From IMG/VR virus record IMGVR_UViG_3300032893_000065, positions 1-52,571 of that record: DNA of 52,571 nt; one strand, 5' to 3'. This stretch comes from a virus (lineage: Duplodnaviria > Caudoviricetes). Positions 34,106 through 42,685 of the stretch are shown here, in pieces (position 1 is the stretch's first letter; every line of letters begins with the position of its first letter). A program made the translations under genes and the position numbers. A model generated the notes under the pieces. That model was not told the DNA's origin. It searched no databases and was given only the letters and a program-made list of their open reading frames with translations.

Positions 34106-34362
34106 AATTGCCCCACATCCATACCAAGGACGAAGATCTCGATCGCGTCCAGCATGCGATGGCGAAGGTACTGGAGCCGGCCCTCTCCAAGGGACTCCTG
34201 GTGGAGCAGCAGGCCCAGTTCCCAACCATTCCGTTGCCAGACAAGTCGCTTGCCTGGCAGATCCTCGGGGTTGTCAACATCGGGCAGCCGACGCAGGTCG
34301 TCATTTGCGTTCCCAATTCGTCCGGGAGGTATGAGTGGATTGTCTTGGGCCAGTCCTCGTAG
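34102..34362 (+). CDS. Small virion-associated protein
   Basis: GTGA-coupled to adaptor. Confidence 0.6.
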   Translation: MKLPHIHTKDEDLDRVQHAMAKVLEPALSKGLLVEQQAQFPTIPLPDKSLAWQILGVVNIGQPTQVVICVPNSSGRYEWIVLGQSS

Positions 34363-35912
34363 CTCTTCTCGCGGGCGGTCCTCCCGTTTACGTGGGGACA
34401 CCTTCGGGCACCTGCGTGGGCACGGCTGTGCAGATTTCCTCGACCGCCCCGGCGCACATCAAGGCGTGCATCGGCGGCCTGTGGACCGACATCACGCCCG
34501 GAGGCTCTGGCTCGGGGCCAGGGGGCGCGAGTCAGGACCTTCAGATCAACAACGGCTCGGGCGGCTTTGGAGGCTATGGGGGCACCTTTTGCGACAATGG
34601 CTTCGGTCGGGTTCAGAGCAGCGGAGGAAACTGGACGTGTAACTTGGTCGATCTCGTGAACGACATCGCGCCGACCACGGCTCTCGGGACTACGAATGAG
34701 ACGGCCGCCCCTCCATCCGGCTCTGTCCAGTACAACTCCGGTGGATTCTTCGCCGGCTCGGCCAACTTCACCTACGATGGCTCGTCTGTCGTGGGCCTAT
34801 CCGATGGGAGCAAGATCCGCTGGACGACGGATACCGATTACGTGGCCTCGACACAGGGAACACTCTTTGTGGAGGGGGGCGGGACGTCCAGTACGGGCAG
34901 CAACGTCGGATATTCTTCGTACTACAGTGGCGTCGCCATGTCCGCGAACTACGAGTGGGTGACTCAGGCAACGGTCGCGAGCCGCACGACCTTTGATTCC
35001 CTCTTCGTGGTCGCTACCAATACCCAGTCCACCGGAAATTGGGTGGGGCTCGTCTACAAGTGCGTTGGAGATGTGCCGGGAGCGCTCATCGCTCAAACCC
35101 TGACACATACGGGCGGCTGGACGAGTGGGACGTGGTACGCATCGGCCTTCGTCGGCGGAAACGTGACCCTGGACGCGGGTACGTATTGCATCGGCTGGAT
35201 GAGCGACACGGCGCCGAATATCGCCTACCAGAACGTGGCTGGTCACTTCGAGTACGTGGGCCGCGCTTTCAACCTAGGGCCGCTCAACCCATTCCCGGGC
35301 TCGTACACGACATACAACGCGCCCATGGCGTGCTATCTTCACGCCGCGCAGAGCCCGGGCATCATCATGGAGAACATCAACGGCGGGGCTGGTATGGCTG
35401 TCAGCTTCCGTTGCGCGGGTGCAACGGCCGCTGGGATCGACTGCTCGGGCGTCTATCATGGAACCGCCACGGCTCTGTCCCGGGGCGCCCTGAGCGCTCG
35501 CGTCACGGGCGCCGACTACACCAACTCCACCACGACTCCCAGCACCATTGCGAGTTGGACAGTCGGTTCTGGTGAAATCGGCAGCTTCCGCTGCACGCTT
35601 GAGGTGAACAACGCCAACGCGGCGAGCGCGATTCGGTACAACATCACCGGGCCCTCTGTGACATCCTTTGCTTACGAGGCCAGGCACAAGACGACCAGCG
35701 TGACGACCGACGTCATCGAGGTCTTCACTTCGACGAGCGCCTCTGCCCAGACGGCAGCGGTCACCAGCGGGGTCGCCACGACCACGCACATCGACATCAT
35801 CGAGGGGGCCTACAACGCGAGCGCTGCCGGGACCTTCGCTGTCCAGGGGTCCGCGTCTACCGCGACCGACGCATCAACGGTTTACCAGGGAAGCTCTTGC
35901 CAACTGTACTGA
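34335..35912 (+). CDS. Tail fibre/spike-like beta-rich protein
   Basis: Gly/Thr/Ser-rich; GSVQYNSGG.FAGSANFTYD repeats typical of fibres. Confidence 0.6.
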   Translation: MDCLGPVLVALLAGGPPVYVGTPSGTCVGTAVQISSTAPAHIKACIGGLWTDITPGGSGSGPGGASQDLQINNGSGGFGGYGGTFCDNGFGRVQSSGGNWTCNLVDLVNDIAPTTALGTTNETAAPPSGSVQYNSGGFFAGSANFTYDGSSVVGLSDGSKIRWTTDTDYVASTQGTLFVEGGGTSSTGSNVGYSSYYSGVAMSANYEWVTQATVASRTTFDSLFVVATNTQSTGNWVGLVYKCVGDVPGALIAQTLTHTGGWTSGTWYASAFVGGNVTLDAGTYCIGWMSDTAPNIAYQNVAGHFEYVGRAFNLGPLNPFPGSYTTYNAPMACYLHAAQSPGIIMENINGGAGMAVSFRCAGATAAGIDCSGVYHGTATALSRGALSARVTGADYTNSTTTPSTIASWTVGSGEIGSFRCTLEVNNANAASAIRYNITGPSVTSFAYEARHKTTSVTTDVIEVFTSTSASAQTAAVTSGVATTTHIDIIEGAYNASAAGTFAVQGSASTATDASTVYQGSSCQLY

Positions 35913-35922
35913 CGGAGGAACC

Positions 35923-36093
35923 ATGCCAAGGTCGTTCGTGATTACCGAAGACGTTCGGGATGCTCTTGTCCGGTATCTCGTCCAGAAGCCGTACATGGAG
36001 GTGGAGGGAGCGATCCTGGCCCTCCGGGCGCTGCCGGAATTGCCGCCCGCGCCTCCCGTGGCGCCGGCTCTCGCTGCCGTGCCGAAGGAGTAG
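35923..36093 (+). CDS. 56-aa fibre-associated small protein (not in ORF track)
   Basis: GGAGG RBS; MPRSFVITEDVRDALVRYLVQKPYMEVEGAILALRALP... Confidence 0.7.
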   Translation: MPRSFVITEDVRDALVRYLVQKPYMEVEGAILALRALPELPPAPPVAPALAAVPKE

Positions 36094-36096
36094 GCC

Positions 36097-37281
36097 ATGG
36101 CGCTTATCCCGGGACATTATACGACGTCGCCTATTATGGGACTGGTCTTGCCGGTTCCCGGGCTTACCGACAGGCTGGGGGTCGAGCCTCCGGGCGCATC
36201 GTGGATGGAGCTTCAGAACACGGCGATGCTCGTCCTCGATGCTCACAACCACACTCCGGGGCTCGGGTCGCTGGTCCCCACCTCCGGGCTCAACATCAAC
36301 GCGGATCTGCCGTTCAACGGTTACCGGGCGACGAATGCGAAGGAGGTGCAGTTCGCCAACCAAGGGTCTCAGCCATCGGACCTGAGTTGCATCTACTTCT
36401 ACAACGGCAATGCCTACATCAACGACACGGCCGGGAACAAGATCGCCCTGACTTCCGGGGGTGGGATCGCTGGCTCGCCGGGCAGCATCTCCGGGATGAC
36501 CGGGAACGCTTCGGCGGTCTACTCCAGCCCGACCTTCTCGTTCTACTCGGCCTCCCAGGTCTATGCGAACCTCGGAATCGGACCGATCAACCTCTATGAC
36601 ACGGCTGTCGGCATCACGCAGGCGGTCCAGCTTCGGAGCCCGGCCAGCCTCTCGGCCGGCTACTCGCTGACCTTCCCCGGCGCGCTTCCTGCCTCGACAC
36701 TGCCGCTTCTGCTCTCCTCTGCCGGGATCTTCTCAACGGGGCAGATCACCGGCTCTCAGCTTTCGCTTTCCCTGCCGGGATCCACGCAGCCGCTTCTAAT
36801 CTCGTCGGGCGGGGTTCTTTCGGCCGCCCAGATTACGGGCTCGCAGATTTCGGGCAGCGCAGGCATCACCGGGTCCCAGTTGTCCGCTTCCGCAGGCATT
36901 ACCACCGCTCAGCTTGCATCTACGATCGGCTCTGGGACGACGGTTGCCCTCCAGGGGTATGTGGACACGGTTTCAACGGGAACGATCTCCTGGGGCTCCA
37001 ACTGGACTGACCAGGGTTCCCGCCTGACCAAGGGGCCTGGCGGAATCGTCACACTGAATGTGGACGCGGCAGCCGGTGCCGGGAATGGGTCTACCGTCGC
37101 CACGCTGCCAAGTGGATATCGTCCGGTAATCCAGGTGTGGGGGATGGCTGGCGACGCTAACGGCAATTTGGTAACGGCGGCATTCATCTCGGTTCACACC
37201 GACGGGACCGTGGTTATGAACGCTGCGAGCCTGACCACTGGTCACGCTTTGATCTTTTCGATTTCTTTTAGCACGTCCTAG
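36097..37281 (+). CDS. Tail fibre-like protein
   Basis: DAHNHTPG; ITGSQ(L/I)S repeats; C-terminal ATLPSGYRP..VHTDG.V domain. Confidence 0.7.
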   Translation: MALIPGHYTTSPIMGLVLPVPGLTDRLGVEPPGASWMELQNTAMLVLDAHNHTPGLGSLVPTSGLNINADLPFNGYRATNAKEVQFANQGSQPSDLSCIYFYNGNAYINDTAGNKIALTSGGGIAGSPGSISGMTGNASAVYSSPTFSFYSASQVYANLGIGPINLYDTAVGITQAVQLRSPASLSAGYSLTFPGALPASTLPLLLSSAGIFSTGQITGSQLSLSLPGSTQPLLISSGGVLSAAQITGSQISGSAGITGSQLSASAGITTAQLASTIGSGTTVALQGYVDTVSTGTISWGSNWTDQGSRLTKGPGGIVTLNVDAAAGAGNGSTVATLPSGYRPVIQVWGMAGDANGNLVTAAFISVHTDGTVVMNAASLTTGHALIFSISFSTS

Positions 37282-37631
37282 TAGGACAACCTGAGCCCAA
37301 GCGTCGCGTTATGACCGACCGCCGCCACCTCGATGCCGATCCCGATGGCTTGCCATCCGCGCCGCCAGCCATGCGGCAGCAAATAGGCCACGCCTGCGTG
37401 AGTAACCACTCCAGCGAAGGCCAGTCCCACAAGACGCGATTCCGAGGGATGAGGTCCGACGATTGGATTCAACTCGTGGTGCCGCCCGTCCATGAGCGCT
37501 CGGGTTTCTCCTACGTCGATCAGCACAAGAGAGATGAAGGTCGCTTCCCACGCGGTGTCTTGCCAGGTCCACGGGTCCAGGGCTCGCGCCGGGGCCGCGG
37601 CCAAGAGGAGGAGGGCAAGCGTTGTCTTCAC
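37278..37631 (-). CDS. Antisense membrane/secreted protein (possibly DUF5658-like)
   Basis: Signal-like N-terminus; D..T; ELNPIVGPHPS; hydrophobic helices; fills the gap between two tail genes. Confidence 0.7.
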   Translation of the reverse strand: MKTTLALLLLAAAPARALDPWTWQDTAWEATFISLVLIDVGETRALMDGRHHELNPIVGPHPSESRLVGLAFAGVVTHAGVAYLLPHGWRRGWQAIGIGIEVAAVGHNATLGLRLSY

Positions 37632-37695
37632 GTCAACGATGAGACCGCACCCGAAGCGGGTTGTCTAGTCCCTCGTCCGAATCCCCTGGAGTTCC

Positions 37696-40638
37696 ATGCC
37701 TCTCGCTGAGCGAACGGTCCCCCTCCAGTGGGGCAAGCTCGATACCAAGACCGATTCGAGGTTCGTGGTGCCCGGGGACCTCGTTGCTCTTCGGAATACC
37801 CGGCTCGATGAGTTTCCGAAGCTCCGGAAGCGCTTCGGAACCCAAACGATCTTTACGAGCAGCGCGGGGCGTCTCCTCTCCTCCTTCAAGAGCCAGCTTT
37901 TCCTCGGAACGGGCGCCGAAGCCTATGGCCTTGCCTCTTCGGGGGCGATCGACAAGGGCCCACTGGAGGCGTTGACGCTATCCGCGCAGCCCGCGGTGCG
38001 CAATACCTACACTCAGCAATGCCCGGACATCGCGGTGCATGCGATGGGGATCACCGTCTACGCCTACGAATCGGTCGAGGCGGGAACGACGGTCGCTCGC
38101 TACTCAGTCTACGATACGGCCACGCAGCAGCCTATCGTGGTAGGCGTTCTCCTGTCCACGACTGGCTACAAGCCCAAGCCCGTTTCGGTGGGCAATTACG
38201 TTTGCGTTCTCTTCGCGGATTCGAGCACGAATGCCCTTCGGTACGTACCCATTCCAGCCGGGTCTCCGACTGCTCCGCTTTCGACCGTGAACCTCGTCTC
38301 GGATTCGGCGGCCTCCGCAGTCTTCGACGCGACCGTGTTCAACAATCAGGCCTACGTGGCTTACGTGAACAACGCCGGCCATGTCGCGGTCGCGGGGATC
38401 ACGCCGTCGGGCGCCGGCATCGGCGCGGTCGTTCTCGCTGCGATCTCGGTGACGCCTGCTGTTCTCTCGATCTGGGGCGATGCCTATCCCAATCTTTGGG
38501 TGGTCTACTACGTCGCGGCCGGGAACGTTTCGGCTGCGGTCTACTCGGCGGCGCTGATAGCGGTTACGGCTCCGTTCACAGTCGCAACGAGCCCAGGCAC
38601 CGTCAGGAACATCACCGGCAATGCTGGGGCCTCCACGACCTCGACCATCTACTACGAGGTCTACGCGGCGACGACGTTCAACACGTACATCATGCAGGCG
38701 ACGTCCACGCTCGCCGGGTCGGTCACGGGGCCCGTATCGTTGGCTCGGTCGGTCGGGCTTGCGAGCAAGGCGTTCTATTATCTTGGCCGGGCGCATGTCC
38801 TCGCGGCCTTCCAGTCGCCCCTCCAGCCGACCTACTTTTTGCTTTCCGCCGGGAAGGTGGTTGCGAAGCTCGCTCCAAGCAACGGCGGAGGGCTCACCTA
38901 CAGGACGTCCACGCTTTCGGAGGTCCCCAGCATCGCAACAGGCGTCTACTGGGTGGCCTATCTCTACGCCGACCAACTCACGTCTGTGGCAGGAAACATC
39001 TTCTCTCAGGCGGGAGTGAATGGGGCCAAGATCGACTTCACCGGGTTCACGTACTCGGCGGAGCTAGGAGACAACCTCCACATCACGGGCGGCATCGTCT
39101 CGATGTACGACGGCGCTCAGGTCTGTGAGCACGGGTTCCACGTATACCCGGAGCCGCCGGCCGGATGGTTCACGGCCACGGGGTCTGGGGGCAACAACTA
39201 CACCGGCAGCTACCAGGCGGTCGTCGTCTACGAGTGGATGGACAACTACGGGCAGATTCACCAGAGCGCGCCCTCGCCTGCCCTTCAAATCAACGCAAGC
39301 GGCAACTCGGGCTTCTCCTACGCGAACATCCCGACCCTGCGACTGACCAGCAAGGCCAACAAGGTCTCGGTCGTCGTCTACCGGACCATCGCCAACCAGT
39401 CGGTCTTCTATCGGGTTACCTCGATCGCGGCGCCGCTCCTCAACGATCCGACGGTGGACACAGTCTCCACGACTGACGCGATTGCCGACGCGAGCCTCAC
39501 CGGAAACGCGCAACTCGTCTTCAATCCGGACAACTCGGCCGCAGAGATCCCCCCGCTCGCCCCTCCTGCGCTCTCCTTCATCACGCGCTACCGAACGAGG
39601 CTCGTAGGCATTCCCTCGGAGAACCCGAACCAGTGGATCTACTCGAAGGCGATGGTTCCAGGTGTCCCGATCGAATGGAACGACCAGCAGTTCTTCCAGG
39701 CCATCCCTCAGGGCTCGGGCCCGCTCACCTGTGCGATGGAGATGGATGAGAAGCTCATCCTCTTCTCCGCGACCCGAATCATGTTCGTGGCCGGAGATGG
39801 GCCAGCGCCCAATGGGGCCAATGGGGACTACGGGACGGCTCCCGAGCACATCCCTACCGACGTTGGGTGCTCCGAGCCGAGAAGCCTCGTCCTCACGCCC
39901 GAAGGCATCATGTTCAAAAGCGCGAAGGGCATCTACCTGCTCTCCCGTGCCCTTCAGGTCTCCTACATCGGCCGAGACGCGGAAGGCTATAATGGCTCGA
40001 CCATCACCTCCGCGAGGCTTGTCCCCAACACTCGGAGGATTCTTTTCACGCTCTCCGGTGGCCCGACCCTGTCCTTCGACTACGGGGCCGGGCGCTGGTC
40101 GGAGTGGACGAATCTCAATGCTGCCGATTCGACCGTTTTCGGGGGGCTCTGGACCTTCGTCACGCCCACCGGAGCCGTGAAGCAGGAGACGCCCTACGCC
40201 TACACGGATGACGGCTCCCCCATCCTCATCGGCCTCAAGACGGGGATCGTCTCGTTCGCCGGCATCTCCGGCTACCAGCGGGTGTGGAGGCTCATCATCC
40301 GAGGCGACTACCGGAGCCCTCACGTTCTCCAGGTCTTCATCTCGAACGACGACAACCCCGCGCCCACCCAGACAGAAACCCTCAACACGGCTTCTCTCTA
40401 CCCGTACATCCCGGGCGATACCCTGCTGGGTGATACGGACAGCCCCGGCGGAGGCGCATTTCCACCCGAAGAGTGGATGGTCAAGCTCCTACGGCAGAAA
40501 TGCTCGTCAATTCAACTGACTCTCCAGGAGTCTCAACTCGGGCCGGTCTACGGGGAAGGGTTATCCCTGTCCGGAGTGAGCTTTCTCGCTGGCGTCCTTC
40601 CCGGGCTTCACAGGGTGCCGGCGACGAACCAGATATGA
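37696..40638 (+). CDS. Tail nozzle / tubular-B-like protein
   Basis: 980 aa beta-propeller-like; LDTKTD, DVGC..PRS, FKSAKGIYLLSR..YIG; before GNAT and ejection genes. Confidence 0.75.
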   Translation: MPLAERTVPLQWGKLDTKTDSRFVVPGDLVALRNTRLDEFPKLRKRFGTQTIFTSSAGRLLSSFKSQLFLGTGAEAYGLASSGAIDKGPLEALTLSAQPAVRNTYTQQCPDIAVHAMGITVYAYESVEAGTTVARYSVYDTATQQPIVVGVLLSTTGYKPKPVSVGNYVCVLFADSSTNALRYVPIPAGSPTAPLSTVNLVSDSAASAVFDATVFNNQAYVAYVNNAGHVAVAGITPSGAGIGAVVLAAISVTPAVLSIWGDAYPNLWVVYYVAAGNVSAAVYSAALIAVTAPFTVATSPGTVRNITGNAGASTTSTIYYEVYAATTFNTYIMQATSTLAGSVTGPVSLARSVGLASKAFYYLGRAHVLAAFQSPLQPTYFLLSAGKVVAKLAPSNGGGLTYRTSTLSEVPSIATGVYWVAYLYADQLTSVAGNIFSQAGVNGAKIDFTGFTYSAELGDNLHITGGIVSMYDGAQVCEHGFHVYPEPPAGWFTATGSGGNNYTGSYQAVVVYEWMDNYGQIHQSAPSPALQINASGNSGFSYANIPTLRLTSKANKVSVVVYRTIANQSVFYRVTSIAAPLLNDPTVDTVSTTDAIADASLTGNAQLVFNPDNSAAEIPPLAPPALSFITRYRTRLVGIPSENPNQWIYSKAMVPGVPIEWNDQQFFQAIPQGSGPLTCAMEMDEKLILFSATRIMFVAGDGPAPNGANGDYGTAPEHIPTDVGCSEPRSLVLTPEGIMFKSAKGIYLLSRALQVSYIGRDAEGYNGSTITSARLVPNTRRILFTLSGGPTLSFDYGAGRWSEWTNLNAADSTVFGGLWTFVTPTGAVKQETPYAYTDDGSPILIGLKTGIVSFAGISGYQRVWRLIIRGDYRSPHVLQVFISNDDNPAPTQTETLNTASLYPYIPGDTLLGDTDSPGGGAFPPEEWMVKLLRQKCSSIQLTLQESQLGPVYGEGLSLSGVSFLAGVLPGLHRVPATNQI

Positions 40639-41006
40639 CCCCGTTTACGCGCGACTCTCTGTCCACGGTGAATTCCTGGCGAGCGGCCAGGGGGATGAGG
40701 CCGCTTCGCCCCGATGCTCTTCCGAAGATCGGGCTCATGGTCGAGGGGCTCGCGGCGGGATTCCTCTTCGAGACGGAGTCACCGGAGGTCGCCATCCTGG
40801 ATTCGTTCATCACGAACCCGGAGGCGCCGCTCCGAAAGCGCTACCGGGCCTGCCAAGAGATCCTCGCGGCTCTTGGGAAGCTCGCCGCGGAGAAGGGCAT
40901 CAGCCGGCTCGTCGGATTCACCGATTCGAGAGGCGTGGCCGACATGGCGGCGCGTCTCGGCTATGAGTCTCGACCCAGCCGGCTCGTCTTCCGGGAGATC
41001 GCATGA
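40635..41006 (+). CDS. GNAT-fold virion-module protein
   Basis: AAGFLFET..LDSFITNP..AARLGY; position after nozzle. Confidence 0.6.
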   Translation: MTPFTRDSLSTVNSWRAARGMRPLRPDALPKIGLMVEGLAAGFLFETESPEVAILDSFITNPEAPLRKRYRACQEILAALGKLAAEKGISRLVGFTDSRGVADMAARLGYESRPSRLVFREIA

Positions 41007-42685
41007 ACGTCGTCAGCGACATCTTCGGGACCAAGAATCGGTACAGTGCCGCGACTCCGGTGAACAAGTTCCAGGCGCAACAGGCACCGCTCGTCCAGCA
41101 GAACTACACGCCGACGATCGGCGCGGCACAGGCAGGCGCCACGAATCAGATGGGTGCCAATGCTCCCATCCAGGCCCAGGAGAGCGCGCTCGCGCAGCAA
41201 CTCGCCGCTCAGGCCCAGGGGCAGGGGCCGAGCCCAGCACAGGCGATGCTAACGCAGGCCACCGGGCAGAACATCAACGCGGCGGCGGGACAGGCCGCCT
41301 CGGCTCGGGGGGTGAACCCTGCCCTTGCGATGCGGACTGCCGTAGACGCGGCGGGGCAGGCAAATCAGACCGCCGCGGGGCAAGCGGCAACTCTCAAGGC
41401 CCAAGAACAACTCGCAGCCGAAGGGCAACTCACGAACGTTCTCCAGGGGCAGGCCGGCCAGAACATCGGTCAGCAGGTTGCCAACACCCAGCTTCTCGGG
41501 ACTACGGGAGGTCTCCAGCAGGGGCAGCAGGCCCTCCAGCTTCAGAACGTCCTCGGGACGGAGGCGTTGAACGAGCAGGTTGCGGCGCAGAACGCCGGTC
41601 TCCAACTCGGGGCAGAGCAGATCAACGCTGGCGTAGCGGCTCAGAACGCCCAGACGGCCGGCAACATGTTCGGCGGGGTCATGCAGGCAGCCGGCAGCCT
41701 CGGAGCGCTCGCTCTTCTTGCGAATCAGGGAGGCGAGATCCCGGCGGTTCCGCGCAAGGGCTACGACGCCGGGGGCAATATCTCCAGCATCGATGACTAC
41801 CTCGACTTCCACGCTGGTACGAAGACTCAGGGGCCAGCCACCCCGCAGTTTGGCCCGACCGTAGGGGCGACCGCCGGGGGAATGAATCAGCCCGTTCCCT
41901 ACGAGACGGGAGCCAACGCCCCCAACAACTCCTACATGCCTTATGCGCCTCCCACTCCGACGTCGGCCTACTCCGCTACGCCAGCGGCGGCCGGCGGCAA
42001 CAAGGAGGAGGCGCAGAAGGTTGCGGGCGCTCTAGGCGAGGCCGGGAAGCAAATGGGCGGCCAGGGGAGTCAAGGCGCCTACGATCGCTTCTCCCGGATG
42101 CACGTCACCGGGGCCTACATGGCAGACGGGGGCTCCATCTACTCCCGAACGGGGCCGGTGCCGGGTACCCCGCGGGTGGACGGCGACTCACCCAAGAACG
42201 ACACCGTTCCCGCTGCGCTCTCTCCCGGAGAGTACGTCGTGAAGCGGACGGCCATGCAGCAGCCGGGGGTGCGCGAGCTTGTCGAGGCGATCAACGAGCA
42301 TCCCCAGCATGCGAGAAGCCTCGTCCAGCACCTCGTGCGCCGGAGCGGCACGGGCGGATATGGACGTGTGCTCCGGGCCCGGCGTATGTCCGACGGCGGG
42401 TCTACCGAGGAAGAGCCCAGCCTCATGGAGAAGATCCAGTCCTGGATCGCGTCTCCCGAGAGCGAGGATAGGTCCAAGGCTGTCGCGGACGCGGCGGCAG
42501 CGGACATCCCAGTTGCCTCGGATGCCCGGAAGTCCATTCGCCAGCACAACGCGAAGCTCGAAGAGGTGGACAAGGCCACGCAGCAGAATCAGGGTGGTTC
42601 GGTCCGCACTGCTCGCGGGATCGGTCGCGAGCGGCTCCGCAGCAGCATGTCCGTCTCGAAGAAGCCGCGCCACAAGGAGGCGTAG
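41003..42685 (+). CDS. Internal virion / DNA ejection protein 1
   Basis: Gln/Ala-rich; VPG..GDSPKNDTVPAALSPGEYVV motif. Confidence 0.7.
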   Translation: MNVVSDIFGTKNRYSAATPVNKFQAQQAPLVQQNYTPTIGAAQAGATNQMGANAPIQAQESALAQQLAAQAQGQGPSPAQAMLTQATGQNINAAAGQAASARGVNPALAMRTAVDAAGQANQTAAGQAATLKAQEQLAAEGQLTNVLQGQAGQNIGQQVANTQLLGTTGGLQQGQQALQLQNVLGTEALNEQVAAQNAGLQLGAEQINAGVAAQNAQTAGNMFGGVMQAAGSLGALALLANQGGEIPAVPRKGYDAGGNISSIDDYLDFHAGTKTQGPATPQFGPTVGATAGGMNQPVPYETGANAPNNSYMPYAPPTPTSAYSATPAAAGGNKEEAQKVAGALGEAGKQMGGQGSQGAYDRFSRMHVTGAYMADGGSIYSRTGPVPGTPRVDGDSPKNDTVPAALSPGEYVVKRTAMQQPGVRELVEAINEHPQHARSLVQHLVRRSGTGGYGRVLRARRMSDGGSTEEEPSLMEKIQSWIASPESEDRSKAVADAAAADIPVASDARKSIRQHNAKLEEVDKATQQNQGGSVRTARGIGRERLRSSMSVSKKPRHKEA

